From the IMG/VR virus record IMGVR_UViG_3300019776_000564, positions 32,001 through 96,000 of that record: a stretch of 64,000 bases of DNA, one strand, 5' to 3'. This DNA comes from a virus. Every line of letters starts with the position of its first letter. Position 1 is the first letter of the stretch. The notes beneath the pieces were generated by a model that was not told the DNA's origin, did not search any database, and saw only the letters and a list, made by a program, of their open reading frames with translations. Below are positions 16,442-26,729 of this stretch, in pieces. The position numbers and the translations under genes are program-made.

Positions 16442-17073
16442 CCACATATACAGTAAACAAGTCCTTTTCCAGCAACGTTGTTCGTAGCCGGCGTGTCCTT
16501 GAGGTTGCAGAAGGCTTTGGTCTTGGCCTTGAGGACAAGGACTTTACCGTATACAAGGACTTCAAGATCGATGTCAGTCAGGGTGATGTTGTGTATATCA
16601 CAGGGCAGTCTGGTTCGGGTAAGTCTCTCCTGCTTAAGGAGCTTGCAAAGCAGATCTCCGAAGAGCAGTCGGTAGCAGATATCGACCTCGTTAAGTACCA
16701 AGAGATCCCTTTGATTGACCAAATCGGTTCGAGCACCGATGAAGCCATTCAAATCCTCAGCCTAGCCGGCCTGAACGACGCATACCTGCTTGTTCGTAAG
16801 CCAAGCGAGTTGTCTGACGGGCAGCGCTATCGCTTCCGTATCGCGCTCCTGATGCAGTCAGGTTGCAAGGTCTGGATTGCAGATGAATTTGGCGCTGTTC
16901 TCGACCGTGTAACCGCTAAGGTTGTGGCTTTTAACCTTCGCAAGCAGGCTGCAAAGGTTGGGGCTACAGTGATCGTTGCTACCACACACAAAGACCTCAG
17001 AGACGAGCTTGCGCCCACTATCTATGTGGACAAACGTTTCAAGGACAAAATCAACGTTGAGGTGGCGGAATGA
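16438..17073 (+). CDS. soluble ABC-type ATPase
   Basis: GQSGSGKS Walker A, LSDGQ signature, IADEF Walker B, TH switch; no permease gene nearby. Confidence 0.88.
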   Translation: MTTYTVNKSFSSNVVRSRRVLEVAEGFGLGLEDKDFTVYKDFKIDVSQGDVVYITGQSGSGKSLLLKELAKQISEEQSVADIDLVKYQEIPLIDQIGSSTDEAIQILSLAGLNDAYLLVRKPSELSDGQRYRFRIALLMQSGCKVWIADEFGAVLDRVTAKVVAFNLRKQAAKVGATVIVATTHKDLRDELAPTIYVDKRFKDKINVEVAE

Positions 17074-17423
17074 AATTTCGCAAAAAGCCTGTTGTGATTG
17101 AAGCAACTCAGTGGTTCAAGAACGGCGATCACCCGCTTGATCATGACCCTATCGGAATCGCCAACCCGTCAAGCGTGGACTTGGCTAAGTACGACGAATA
17201 CAAGCAGTTTGAAGGCAAGGTTGTTCGCTATTTCAGAGATCCATATACCGCTGGCAGCAGCATTTGTAAGCACTGCGGTGAAACCATGCACAATCATGGT
17301 TGGATCGATACTTTGGAAGGCGGTCACATCGTCTGCCCGGGTGACTGGATCATCACCGGAGTAGCGAACGAAAAATACCCGTGCAAACCTGACATTTTTG
17401 AAGCCACATACGAGAAGGTATGA
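17070..17423 (+). CDS. phage hypothetical protein (KKPVVIEA...PGDWII...YPCKPDIF type)
   Basis: widespread phage motif with a CxxC insert. Confidence 0.75.
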   Translation: MKFRKKPVVIEATQWFKNGDHPLDHDPIGIANPSSVDLAKYDEYKQFEGKVVRYFRDPYTAGSSICKHCGETMHNHGWIDTLEGGHIVCPGDWIITGVANEKYPCKPDIFEATYEKV

Positions 17424-17704
17424 TCATGAAGCACGAAAAATTCGCAATCTGGCTGTCCGGGTTTACCGATCTGAACATGGGCAATGTGCCAACAAAAGAA
17501 CAGTGGGATCTGATCACTGAAAGGCTGGCGGAATGCTTTGACGAAGTTCAGGAGCTTTCCGTAAAGCAGCAGTACCGTTCTCCAACCTATGGGTTATTTG
17601 CAGGTCAACCTTCTGACGCTCTCTTGAGAGCTACCTCAGTGGCTGATGCGATTTCACTGGCTGCATCAACTGCCTCTGCTGTCACAAATACTGCCAAACG
17701 ATAG
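17420..17704 (+). CDS. hypothetical protein
   Basis: 94 aa, ATGA coupling. Confidence 0.6.
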   Translation: MIMKHEKFAIWLSGFTDLNMGNVPTKEQWDLITERLAECFDEVQELSVKQQYRSPTYGLFAGQPSDALLRATSVADAISLAASTASAVTNTAKR

Positions 17705-17777
17705 GCAAAACTTACACAAAGCCTAATCAAAAAGGTACTCTTTACAGAGTACCTTTTCCGTATCTGGAGCAGAGCAA

Positions 17778-18116
17778 ATGTCAGAACTAATCAAAGTGGA
17801 TTTCAAGGAACGCAAGGTTGTCAATCGAGTAGACCTTGAAGCTCCGGTGCCGGAGTGGTCTGCTAAGAAAGATCCATACTTCAAGGGTTTCATTGAAGGC
17901 ATCATCCTTAGCGCAGAAGAAATGCACAAAAGCGGTGGTGATTGGCGTCGAATGGTCATCGTGCTTCAGGATGAAACGTCTTTAGAGGGCGATGTGTGCA
18001 TTACTCTTTGGGACAAGAACGTTGTTACGGATGAGCAGGCTTCGGATATTCTGATGATTGCCTGTAACAAGATCGACATCAGAGCGGAGGAGAAAGCCTC
18101 ATATGAAGAATCCTGA
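17778..18116 (+). CDS. hypothetical protein
   Basis: 112 aa, GGAG RBS. Confidence 0.7.
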   Translation: MSELIKVDFKERKVVNRVDLEAPVPEWSAKKDPYFKGFIEGIILSAEEMHKSGGDWRRMVIVLQDETSLEGDVCITLWDKNVVTDEQASDILMIACNKIDIRAEEKASYEES

Positions 18117-18984
18117 ATTTGAAACGGTAATCGAGCTTAACCCGTCCGCTAAACCAAGATTTTCCTTGCTTGATGGGATGCGAGTAGAGAGAGGAACAAA
18201 AGATGATTGGGCGATGCTTCATGACCTTCATTACAAGGCTGAGAACCTACCTGCCGGCCCTCGTTTTTGGCGCTGCGTCACTGCTGATGGCGACCTCGTT
18301 GGTATCGTTGTGCTTAGCACCGTCAGCCTACTACTCGCCCCGCGTCATCAGGTATTCCCGAAGCTCAAACCTGGCAAAGACAGCCATTTTACTAACGTCC
18401 ACCGGGCCACGTTTCTAAACGCGAACTTTAAGCGAGCAGCAAGGATCGTTACGGACACGATGTACCGCGGTATTGGTGTTGCATACAGAATGGTAAACCT
18501 TGCCATGAGGATGGAAGGGATGAGGTTCATCGAGATTCAATCCTCGATGTCCAAGTTCAACCCATTCGATGTAAAGGCCGGGTTCAAGCACGCTCACCTG
18601 AAACCAGCGGCAGCTTATGAGCAGGGTCTGAAATTCATGCGATCCCAGTTCAAAGCTCACCCTGCGGATCATCAAGCGATCATGACCGAGCTTAATAGCT
18701 TCAGTCCTGCTCACCAGAAGCGTGTGATGACAGCCATGCAAGAGTTCTATTACCGCCACAGCGCGCGTGAGAAGACAGGGAGCAACCTCAATGCGGGTAC
18801 GAGTAAAGTACAAGCGATGGCCGCCCCACACCTTCTCAGGGAGCTTCAGCAGCTTGTGTTCGCGAGTCCAGTTTATGGGATCTGGGAGAACCCGGATCTA
18901 GGTAAAGAAATTCCACAATCGCTTCCACTCCGGGCTTTTGATTTGCAAGGCCCGAATCAACCACTGAGGTTAGATCTGCTATGA
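18103..18984 (+). CDS. GNAT-fold (Mom-like) acyltransferase
   Basis: LHY motif, RIVTDTMYRGIGVA acyl-CoA binding loop, SSMSKFNPF..KAGF. Confidence 0.75.
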   Translation: MKNPEFETVIELNPSAKPRFSLLDGMRVERGTKDDWAMLHDLHYKAENLPAGPRFWRCVTADGDLVGIVVLSTVSLLLAPRHQVFPKLKPGKDSHFTNVHRATFLNANFKRAARIVTDTMYRGIGVAYRMVNLAMRMEGMRFIEIQSSMSKFNPFDVKAGFKHAHLKPAAAYEQGLKFMRSQFKAHPADHQAIMTELNSFSPAHQKRVMTAMQEFYYRHSAREKTGSNLNAGTSKVQAMAAPHLLRELQQLVFASPVYGIWENPDLGKEIPQSLPLRAFDLQGPNQPLRLDLL

Positions 18985-19322
18985 AACCGTTGACCACAAA
19001 ACAGCGTCACCTGATTAAAGTGATCGTCATGGGGAACCTTGATGTATCGGGGAACCGGATCTCGAATGTGGATATCTATCAGATCCAATCGAGGGTTCCG
19101 TATCAGACAACCCGGGAGTCACTGATGTGCAGCCTACCTATCCTTGAGAAGCAGGGATGGATAGTGAAGGCAGGTAAAGATAACCGGGACGGTAGAATGA
19201 AGCAGACCTGGGAACCAACAGCTTTAGCTATCCGGGTTGTTAATCCATCTCCAGTTTCTAAGGAACCGGAGTATGTAGAGATCGATGGGGATGATGATGT
19301 GGTTTTGTTGGAACTGACTTGA
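18981..19322 (+). CDS. putative winged-helix DNA-binding protein
   Basis: helical N-terminus then SLPILEKQGWIVK + beta wing, acidic tail. Confidence 0.55.
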   Translation: MKPLTTKQRHLIKVIVMGNLDVSGNRISNVDIYQIQSRVPYQTTRESLMCSLPILEKQGWIVKAGKDNRDGRMKQTWEPTALAIRVVNPSPVSKEPEYVEIDGDDDVVLLELT

Positions 19323-19575
19323 TCCGGGTGCCTGCTTTCCCTTTATTAAGCTTGTTCTTTTAAGCTTGTATCTTACAAGTTGTTAAAAGGGACAAGCAGT
19401 ATAATCTTACAGAGCAAGGGCTAAAGCAATAGGTACTTGAAATAAAGTCTGAATCCCGACGAAATACCTGCAAATGGCTCTCATTTGACAATTCCGGGAT
19501 CGGCTGATCCAATGATGGCCATTACTTAAGTGATCCATTAGGCAGAGAGCCATACCCTCTGCCTACCTTTTTGCG

Positions 19576-20298
19576 ATGGATACCATGACAGAAAACACAG
19601 AAAAACCTGCATCCGGCGTTGATGATGACGAAAAGTCCAAACGCCTGACGCCTCGCGAATACGCCAGAGCCAAGCAAATGTGGCAGTCCGGCGATTACAG
19701 CCTCAAGGAAATCTCCGACACCGTTGGCGTAAGTGCCACTGCTCTCAGTCGCCGGTTTAAGCGAGACAGCGTTTCCAAAGGCTCTGATGCCAAAAAGGTT
19801 TCGGCCGCAGTCAAGCGCGCCATCGAAAAGACCAGTGCGGCTCAGGCTGAAGAACTGGCTTCTACGGCGCACGACATCAAAATGTTGGCTCTGAAATCAA
19901 TCGAGCTATTCAACAAGAAGAACTATGCGGACGTAGTTGCCTGTATTAAGGCGAATCGACCATTGGCCGAAATTCAGGGCGACTTGAAAGCTTTGAAAAT
20001 CGCCTCTGAAATCGTCAGCATGAACTACGGCACCGGTGCCAGGATTCTGGGTCTCGACCAAGACCTCAATTCTGACGACCAACTGCCGGAACTCGTCATT
20101 AACCTGATGACCGAGAATGATGTCGCCGAGCTTCGTGAGCAGCAGCGCCGTGAAGAGTTGGAGGCAAACGGTGAAATTGATGACGATGACCTGCTCGGTA
20201 CAGAGCTAAGCTCGGACGATCTTGATGCACTTGATGCGGCGCTTGACGAGGACGATGACGACATTGTTGTCGAAGGCGACGACCCGGCGGTGACCTAA
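19576..20298 (+). CDS. terS: terminase small subunit
   Basis: N-terminal HTH (SLKEISDTVGVSATALSRRF), directly upstream of TerL. Confidence 0.7.
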   Translation: MDTMTENTEKPASGVDDDEKSKRLTPREYARAKQMWQSGDYSLKEISDTVGVSATALSRRFKRDSVSKGSDAKKVSAAVKRAIEKTSAAQAEELASTAHDIKMLALKSIELFNKKNYADVVACIKANRPLAEIQGDLKALKIASEIVSMNYGTGARILGLDQDLNSDDQLPELVINLMTENDVAELREQQRREELEANGEIDDDDLLGTELSSDDLDALDAALDEDDDDIVVEGDDPAVT

Positions 20299-21566
20299 TG
20301 AAGATCACTAACGCCTCGCCTCAGTTAACACCTCTTGCGCTGAAGATCGGTCTTCATCCAAAGCAAGCAGAGGTGTTCCTTGATACGACTCGATTTCGAG
20401 TCGTAGTTGCCGGCCGTCGTTGGGGTAAAACTGCCCTAGCTAAGACGGAGATGATTCAACGAGCCAAGATACCCGGTCAAAAGATTTGGTACATCGCCCC
20501 GACATACCGGATGGCGAAGCAAATCATGTGGAACGACCTTAAAGCCTCTATCCCTCGAAAGTGGATTATTCGAGAGCATGAGACTGAAATGTCCATTACG
20601 CTCCGAAATGGCTCGATCATCGAATGCAAGGGCGCAGATAACCCTGACACTCTTCGAGGCGTTGGTCTTAACTTCGTGGTAATGGACGAGTTCCAGGACA
20701 TCCGTCCTGACACTTGGACTACGATTATCCGTCCTACTTTGGCTAAAGACCGCGGTGAAGCTCTATTCATCGGTACGCCAAAGGCTTACAACCAGTTGTA
20801 TGAGGTTTATCAGTTCGGACAAGACCCTGCTCGCAAGGCATGGTCTAGCTATCAGTTCCCAACCATCACCTCACCTTTCATCCCTGAGACGGAGATCATC
20901 GAAGCTCGCAGGGATATGGACCCTCGGACATTCAGACAGGAGTTTGAGGCGTCCTTTGAAACTATGAGTGGTCGAGTCTACTACCCGTTCGATCGTCGCG
21001 AGCATTGCAGCACAGACATCAAGTTCAACCCGGGTCGACCTATCTATGTTGGCGTGGACTTTAACATTGACCCAATGTCCGCTTGCATTATGCAGCCCCA
21101 AACAAACGGCGAACTCTGGGTGGTTGATGAGATCTTCCTTCATAACTCCAACACCCTTGAGGTTTGTGAGGAACTGGAGAGAAGGTATTGGCGATATATG
21201 AGCCAGATCACAATCTTCCCTGACCCGGCCGGCGCTGCACGTCAGCACGCTCGCGGTGAATCTGACCTTGAGATCTTCAGGCAGAAAGGATTCAATCGGA
21301 TTAAGTTCCGCAGAAAGCACCCGCTTATTGCAGACCGTGTTAACAGCGTTAACCGTTTATTAAAGGACGCATCCGGCAAAATCACCCTTAAGGTGAATAC
21401 TGGATGTACAAACGTAGTCCAGTCTCTTGAGCAAACCCTGTACAAGGCAGGCAGTCGAGATATCGATAAGGCCGCAAGTATGGAGCACATCACTGACGCT
21501 ATGGGCTACTGCATTGAACTGGAACATCCGGTCAAAAAAGTTGTTATCGTCGGACACTCTCTATAA
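20298..21566 (+). CDS. terL: terminase large subunit
   Basis: AGRRWGKT Walker A, VVMDE Walker B, IGTP, GVDFN nuclease, H..DAMGY. Confidence 0.95.
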   Translation: MKITNASPQLTPLALKIGLHPKQAEVFLDTTRFRVVVAGRRWGKTALAKTEMIQRAKIPGQKIWYIAPTYRMAKQIMWNDLKASIPRKWIIREHETEMSITLRNGSIIECKGADNPDTLRGVGLNFVVMDEFQDIRPDTWTTIIRPTLAKDRGEALFIGTPKAYNQLYEVYQFGQDPARKAWSSYQFPTITSPFIPETEIIEARRDMDPRTFRQEFEASFETMSGRVYYPFDRREHCSTDIKFNPGRPIYVGVDFNIDPMSACIMQPQTNGELWVVDEIFLHNSNTLEVCEELERRYWRYMSQITIFPDPAGAARQHARGESDLEIFRQKGFNRIKFRRKHPLIADRVNSVNRLLKDASGKITLKVNTGCTNVVQSLEQTLYKAGSRDIDKAASMEHITDAMGYCIELEHPVKKVVIVGHSL

Positions 21567-21614
21567 ACGCTTGCACTATGGTAAATAAGTCATTTACCAT
21601 AGTGCCATTCAAAT

Positions 21615-23216
21615 GTGGATACGCCCATGCCAGTTGACAGTAAGACCGCCAAGGCGATAGTTGAGAGAAAGCACCCTCTTTACGAAGAGCTTGTGCCTCA
21701 CTGGGATTTCCTTGAGGCCAGTTACAGGGGTGGGCGTGGGTGGTTCAAGAACAACATCTTCCGCTACATCAAGGAAGGTGATCGCGAGTACAAGGATCGC
21801 GTAGAGCGAGCCTATCGATTCAACCATACTCGCGAAACAGTTGATCTGGTCAATAAATATCTTTTCCGAGCACCTATTGCCCGAAACTTTGATGATGCTC
21901 CCGAGAGCGTCAGAGAGTTCTGGAATGATGTGGACGAAACCGGCCTCAGCATTGACGAGTTCATGCGGATCGTTTCGCTCAAGCAATCCATTTTCGGCAG
22001 ACCTTGGATCGTAATCGATAACAGAGTTACCGATATCCCTGAGAACGCCAGCAAAGCTGACACCAAAGGTGTTGATCTTTACGCCTATATGGTTCCGCCT
22101 CAGCAGGTTCCAGACTACGCTTTCGATGAGTGTGGTGAACTGTTGTGGGTATTGATCGAGGAGCACATCCGAGACGACCAAGACCCTATTAACGGCACAG
22201 GTGACGTTTTCAAGAGATATCGCTTGTGGACTCGCACTGACTGGATGCTGTTTGAGTTCAAGAAGGGTTCCGGCAAGTCTGGCGGTAGATGGGAACAGGT
22301 CGACGAAGGTCGCCATGATCTCGGTCTTGTTCCAGCCATTCCCGCAAACAACAGCGTAATCAACGATAAGTGGGACTGCCCGGCTCTGATTGCTGAGGTT
22401 GCCTACCTAGATCGCGCAGTCTCCAACTACGCGAGTAACCTTGATGCCATCATTCAAGACCAGTCGTTCTCACAGCTTGCGATGCCGGCTCAGGGCGTAT
22501 TACCTGGCGATGACGCTTACAACAAGGTTCTCGAAATGGGGACTAAACGAGTGTTTCTGTATGACGGAGAAGCTGGAGCCGCTCCACAGTTCCTCTCTCC
22601 TGATCCGAGTCAGGCATCGCTTATCCTTTCTGCCATTGGTCAATTGATCAACGAGATCTACCATTCGGTTGGTCTTGCAGGTGAAAGAACAAAGCAGGAC
22701 AACAGCAAGGGTATCGATAACAGTTCCGGCGTTGCTAAGGCTGTGGACTTTGAAAGGGTAGTTGCATTACTCTCGTCCAAAGCAGATGCTTTGGAAGTTA
22801 TCGAAGCCAAGATGCTGAAAATTATTTGTGCGTGGTCTGGTGAAGAACTGCCAGATGATGTAGAACTTGTTACCTACCCAGTAGAGAGCCAGTTTGACGT
22901 TCGCACTCTGTACGACGAGATCGATATTGGCATGAAGCTTCGTCTTATGGGCTTGCCGCCAATGATCCTCGAAGAGCAAGTAAATCGCCTTGTAACTAAA
23001 CTCTTCCCGGGTCTAGGTGAAAAGGTGATTGAATCGATCAAAGCAGAAGTTAAGCAATGGGCAAATGAGCCACCACCGGGAGAGACTCCGGCTGGCAACA
23101 AACCCGGAAGCGACGCTGCCGCTAAGGTCGTAGAGGAAGCAAAGCGCAATCGCGCAGCGGCCTCTGAAAAGAAAACCGCCACACAAAGCCGAGAGACTGG
23201 CAAAACCAACGGCTAA
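21615..23216 (+). CDS. portal protein
   Basis: 533 aa directly after TerL, SGVAK motif typical of portals. Confidence 0.85.
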   Translation: MDTPMPVDSKTAKAIVERKHPLYEELVPHWDFLEASYRGGRGWFKNNIFRYIKEGDREYKDRVERAYRFNHTRETVDLVNKYLFRAPIARNFDDAPESVREFWNDVDETGLSIDEFMRIVSLKQSIFGRPWIVIDNRVTDIPENASKADTKGVDLYAYMVPPQQVPDYAFDECGELLWVLIEEHIRDDQDPINGTGDVFKRYRLWTRTDWMLFEFKKGSGKSGGRWEQVDEGRHDLGLVPAIPANNSVINDKWDCPALIAEVAYLDRAVSNYASNLDAIIQDQSFSQLAMPAQGVLPGDDAYNKVLEMGTKRVFLYDGEAGAAPQFLSPDPSQASLILSAIGQLINEIYHSVGLAGERTKQDNSKGIDNSSGVAKAVDFERVVALLSSKADALEVIEAKMLKIICAWSGEELPDDVELVTYPVESQFDVRTLYDEIDIGMKLRLMGLPPMILEEQVNRLVTKLFPGLGEKVIESIKAEVKQWANEPPPGETPAGNKPGSDAAAKVVEEAKRNRAAASEKKTATQSRETGKTNG

Positions 23217-23239
23217 GAGAACAGCCAAAGGAGTAATAA

Positions 23240-24139
23240 ATGCACCGCTATATGATCAAGCTCTTGGGTCGCGCAGGCGTCTATCTGGACGATAACGATG
23301 GTAACGGCAACGATCTTCCAGGCGGTTTGACCGCAGAAGAAATCGCCGCTGCCGCAGCAGCGAAGGCTAAAGCCGATGCAGATGCAGCAGCCGCTGCCGC
23401 TGAGGAAGAAGCCAAACGCATCGCAGCAGATAAGGCAAATAAAGACCAAGACGGTAACAAGCCATCCGATACAGAAGCCAAGCTTCTGAAGGAACTGATG
23501 GCTCTGAAGGCCAAGCAGAAAGAAGCTGATGCTGAACTGAAGGCGTACAAAGACGCTGCCGGGGAAAGCAAGCCTGATGAGTTGAAGGCGTTGATCGATG
23601 CCAAGAAAGAAGCCGACCGGCAGGCACTCGAAAAGCGCGGCGAGTACGACCGTATCCTTGAGCAAGTGAAGACCGAGCATACGAAGGAGATCGAAGCTCT
23701 GAAGGCAGAACTGGAGGCTACAAAGCTTCTGGTGTCTCAGAAGGACGATAACCTTGTGGAACTGACCGTCGGCCGAGCTTTCAGTGAAAGCGCGTTCATT
23801 CGCGAGAAGTCCGTAATCCCGGCATCGATTGCCCGGAAAGAGTTTGGCTCTTACGTTGACATCGTTGATGGCGCAGCCGTTGTGTACGACAAGCCTCGCG
23901 GCGCAGCCGAACGCACCCCGATTGTTGGTGCAGACGGCAAGCCTAAAAGCTTTGAGGATGGTATTGCGGCACTGTATGCTGCACATCCTGAAGGCGCGGG
24001 TCTGATCAAAGCACAGGGCAAGCCCGGTGCAGGTTCGCAGAACGTTGATTTGGGCAACAAGAAGCCTGATGACAAGTCGAAAGATTCCGTCTCCGGTGTT
24101 GGCCGAATCGCTCTGGGTCTGAACAAGAAGAATCAGTAA
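23240..24139 (+). CDS. capsid scaffolding protein
   Basis: Ala/Lys/Glu coiled-coil protein upstream of the MCP. Confidence 0.75.
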   Translation: MHRYMIKLLGRAGVYLDDNDGNGNDLPGGLTAEEIAAAAAAKAKADADAAAAAAEEEAKRIAADKANKDQDGNKPSDTEAKLLKELMALKAKQKEADAELKAYKDAAGESKPDELKALIDAKKEADRQALEKRGEYDRILEQVKTEHTKEIEALKAELEATKLLVSQKDDNLVELTVGRAFSESAFIREKSVIPASIARKEFGSYVDIVDGAAVVYDKPRGAAERTPIVGADGKPKSFEDGIAALYAAHPEGAGLIKAQGKPGAGSQNVDLGNKKPDDKSKDSVSGVGRIALGLNKKNQ

Positions 24140-24214
24140 GAGCCTGACAAGGGCGGTGCTTTACTGGTACTGTGAAGAACTCATGTTTTAAAAGCTAACT
24201 AAGGAGTTAGTAGA

Positions 24215-25120
24215 ATGCCACTGTTGCGCGAAGTTGCAGAAACGCTGTCCCAAGAGGACATGCTCCGCGGCGTAATCGAAGAGATCATCCATCGTGACGA
24301 TCTGCTCGGCTTGCTGCCATTCAGCCGCACCGACGGTAAAGCGTTGGTGTATATCCGTGAACTGACCAACAGCGAAGGCACCTTCCTGGAAGTCAACGAT
24401 GTTGTGCCAGAAGGCACCAGCACCGTGGAAGAAGTCGTCACCAAGCTGCGAATCATCGCCGGCGACGTGGACGTTGACAAATTCCTGGACGAAACCATGA
24501 GCGACAAGAACAGCCAACTGGCTCTTCAAATCGCCATGAAAGCGAAGGGTATGGCTACCACCTTCCGTCGCGCTCTGGTTCTGGGCAACAACACCGTCAA
24601 TCCGAAAGAGTTCGATGGTATCCAGAAGCTGGTTGCTGACACCGGCAACTTCTTCGAGGCAGGTGTAAATGGCGCGGCTATTTCCCTGTCGATGCTGGAC
24701 GAACTGATCGACAAGCTGCAAGGTCGTCGCCCTGACGCTCTGATGATGCGTACCGGCACCCTGCGTGCTCTGAAGGCTCTGTGGCGCGCAGCCGGTGGTA
24801 ACACTGGTGGCATGATGCAGATCGACAACTTCGGTCTGTCGGTTCCTGCTCATGACGGCGTACCGATCATCCTGAACGACTTCATCCCTGTTGTCGCTCA
24901 TGGCACCGCGCCTTCGACCTGCTCGATCTACGCTCTGCGTCTGAACGAAGTTGATGGTCTGCACGGCCTGTACGGCGGTGAGTCTGCCGGTATCCGTATC
25001 GAAGATATCGGTACTGTGCAGAACAAAGACGCCACCCGTACCCGCCTGAAGTGGTACTGCGGTCTGGCTCTGAAGTCCACTGTATCGCTGGCCGCCGTTG
25101 TTGGCGTAACCAACGTGTAA
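24215..25120 (+). CDS. major capsid protein
   Basis: 301 aa, highly optimised codons, EFDGI motif, followed by terminator 25150-25180. Confidence 0.88.
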   Translation: MPLLREVAETLSQEDMLRGVIEEIIHRDDLLGLLPFSRTDGKALVYIRELTNSEGTFLEVNDVVPEGTSTVEEVVTKLRIIAGDVDVDKFLDETMSDKNSQLALQIAMKAKGMATTFRRALVLGNNTVNPKEFDGIQKLVADTGNFFEAGVNGAAISLSMLDELIDKLQGRRPDALMMRTGTLRALKALWRAAGGNTGGMMQIDNFGLSVPAHDGVPIILNDFIPVVAHGTAPSTCSIYALRLNEVDGLHGLYGGESAGIRIEDIGTVQNKDATRTRLKWYCGLALKSTVSLAAVVGVTNV

Positions 25121-25202
25121 GTGGAAGATTGCCTCGGCAATCTGCTATAAAGGGGCTTGGGAAACCAAGCCCCTTTTTTAATACCTCAATTAAGGTAATC
25201 AA

Positions 25203-25898
25203 ATGAAAATTCGCATTCTGGACAAAGGCTTCGCAAACCTCACCGGCCCATTCGGCACTGTCGAATTTGTTGACGGCGTTTCCGTTGACGAAGTTTCTGC
25301 CGCCGAAGCTGCGCGTCTGGGTACTATTCTCAGCGTCGAGTGTGTCGATAGCGGCAAGAACCCTTCGACCACTCAACTGATGGTTGATATCCACGCCAAG
25401 AACACAGAAGAGCTTGGTATCAAGGCTGCCGGTCTGCGCAAAGCCACCACCGTTCAGCCACAAGTTGCTGACAACCAACCTGAGAGCGTTCCTCAGGCGA
25501 GTCATGAAACGGTAAAAGCTGTTCTCGAAGGCACTCCGGCGCTCAAGTATGACTATGACGTTGAGCAGCTTGACGCTCTGGTCAAACGTGAAGGCATTGC
25601 TGGTCTGCGAGCGTTTGCAAGCGCGTATGCAGTTAACGGTCAGAGCGTTGCAACCATCATCAAGAAGCTGATGGAGCTTAAAGCCGAGAACGTTAAGCCT
25701 GAACAGGAAGAGCCAAAGAAAGAAGAGCCTACCGCTGAAGAAGTGGAAGAAGCTCGCAAGGCTGAGATCCTGGCTGAACTGGAAGCTCTCGGCAAACGAG
25801 CAATCGCTATCGCCAGCAATTCTGAACTGACCGAAGAAGAGAAGTTGGCTCAGTTGGCTGAAGTAGATGCGGCTATCGCTGCTTTCGAGCAGGAGTAA
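25203..25898 (+). CDS. hypothetical head-associated protein
   Basis: 231 aa after the MCP. Confidence 0.7.
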   Translation: MKIRILDKGFANLTGPFGTVEFVDGVSVDEVSAAEAARLGTILSVECVDSGKNPSTTQLMVDIHAKNTEELGIKAAGLRKATTVQPQVADNQPESVPQASHETVKAVLEGTPALKYDYDVEQLDALVKREGIAGLRAFASAYAVNGQSVATIIKKLMELKAENVKPEQEEPKKEEPTAEEVEEARKAEILAELEALGKRAIAIASNSELTEEEKLAQLAEVDAAIAAFEQE

Positions 25899-25904
25899 TA
25901 GGTA

Positions 25905-26729
25905 ATGGCGAGTGTCATCAATAGTGGCGCCGCCATCACTTTCCCTGTAACTCCGGGACAGAACTCGTTTCCAGCTTCAGCGGGTTCTGTATCCCTTCAG
26001 GTTACAATCGGTGATGTCGTTGTCTGGGAAGACCATACTAAAGTCCTGTGGGCTGATGCGCTGGTAAGCGGCGTAACATTCCCCTCAGCCTCTTCCGTAA
26101 TTGCAGAGCCGCAAGCCTTTGCAAAGTATTCGATCCTTCTTTGGGACGATCTCGATCAACCTCTAAACCCGGGCAGCGTCTCGTTTGAGGTTATCATCGA
26201 GTCGACCGATCTTCTTCGCGTTCTCGAAAACAGCTTTGGTCAGTGGGGAGAGTTATCGCTGCTGGCAAGAAACATGGTCAGTCTTAAGTCGTATCAGTTC
26301 GCCCAACCTGACGAACAGAAAGCGGCGTTGATTAACGCGTTCCATAATATCGCTGACGTGCATGTAAACTTCTGCCCGCCTCACAGCAGAGCGCGATGGC
26401 ATAACCAGTCTCAAATGTGGGACGGCGAGGGCGTATTCGAGGATGCTCTTGAGGGAATCTACTCAACCCGGCAGCTTACCGATGTGATTTGGGCAAAGCT
26501 CAAACCTGAAGTAAAAGACAAGCTGATGCGGGCACAGTTGATTGAGGCTAACTACCTTCTTTCGGATCAGACTCCTGAGAAGCAAAGACTTGCCGGCCTT
26601 CTGTCTCACTCTGCTGGCGAATCTGCGCATTTCTACCGAACCGTAAAACCGCTCGAACTGCCTGTCAGTAGAGCTACAGCATTGGCTTTGAAAGGAATTA
26701 TCAGCTATGTCGTTCGTATCGGCGGATAA
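25905..26729 (+). CDS. putative head-tail adaptor
   Basis: position; helical C-terminal domain. Confidence 0.55.
   Translation: MASVINSGAAITFPVTPGQNSFPASAGSVSLQVTIGDVVVWEDHTKVLWADALVSGVTFPSASSVIAEPQAFAKYSILLWDDLDQPLNPGSVSFEVIIESTDLLRVLENSFGQWGELSLLARNMVSLKSYQFAQPDEQKAALINAFHNIADVHVNFCPPHSRARWHNQSQMWDGEGVFEDALEGIYSTRQLTDVIWAKLKPEVKDKLMRAQLIEANYLLSDQTPEKQRLAGLLSHSAGESAHFYRTVKPLELPVSRATALALKGIISYVVRIGG

Noticed and set aside
16438-17073. ABC transporter
   Set aside because: No transmembrane or substrate-binding partner nearby; the context is DNA modification/packaging.
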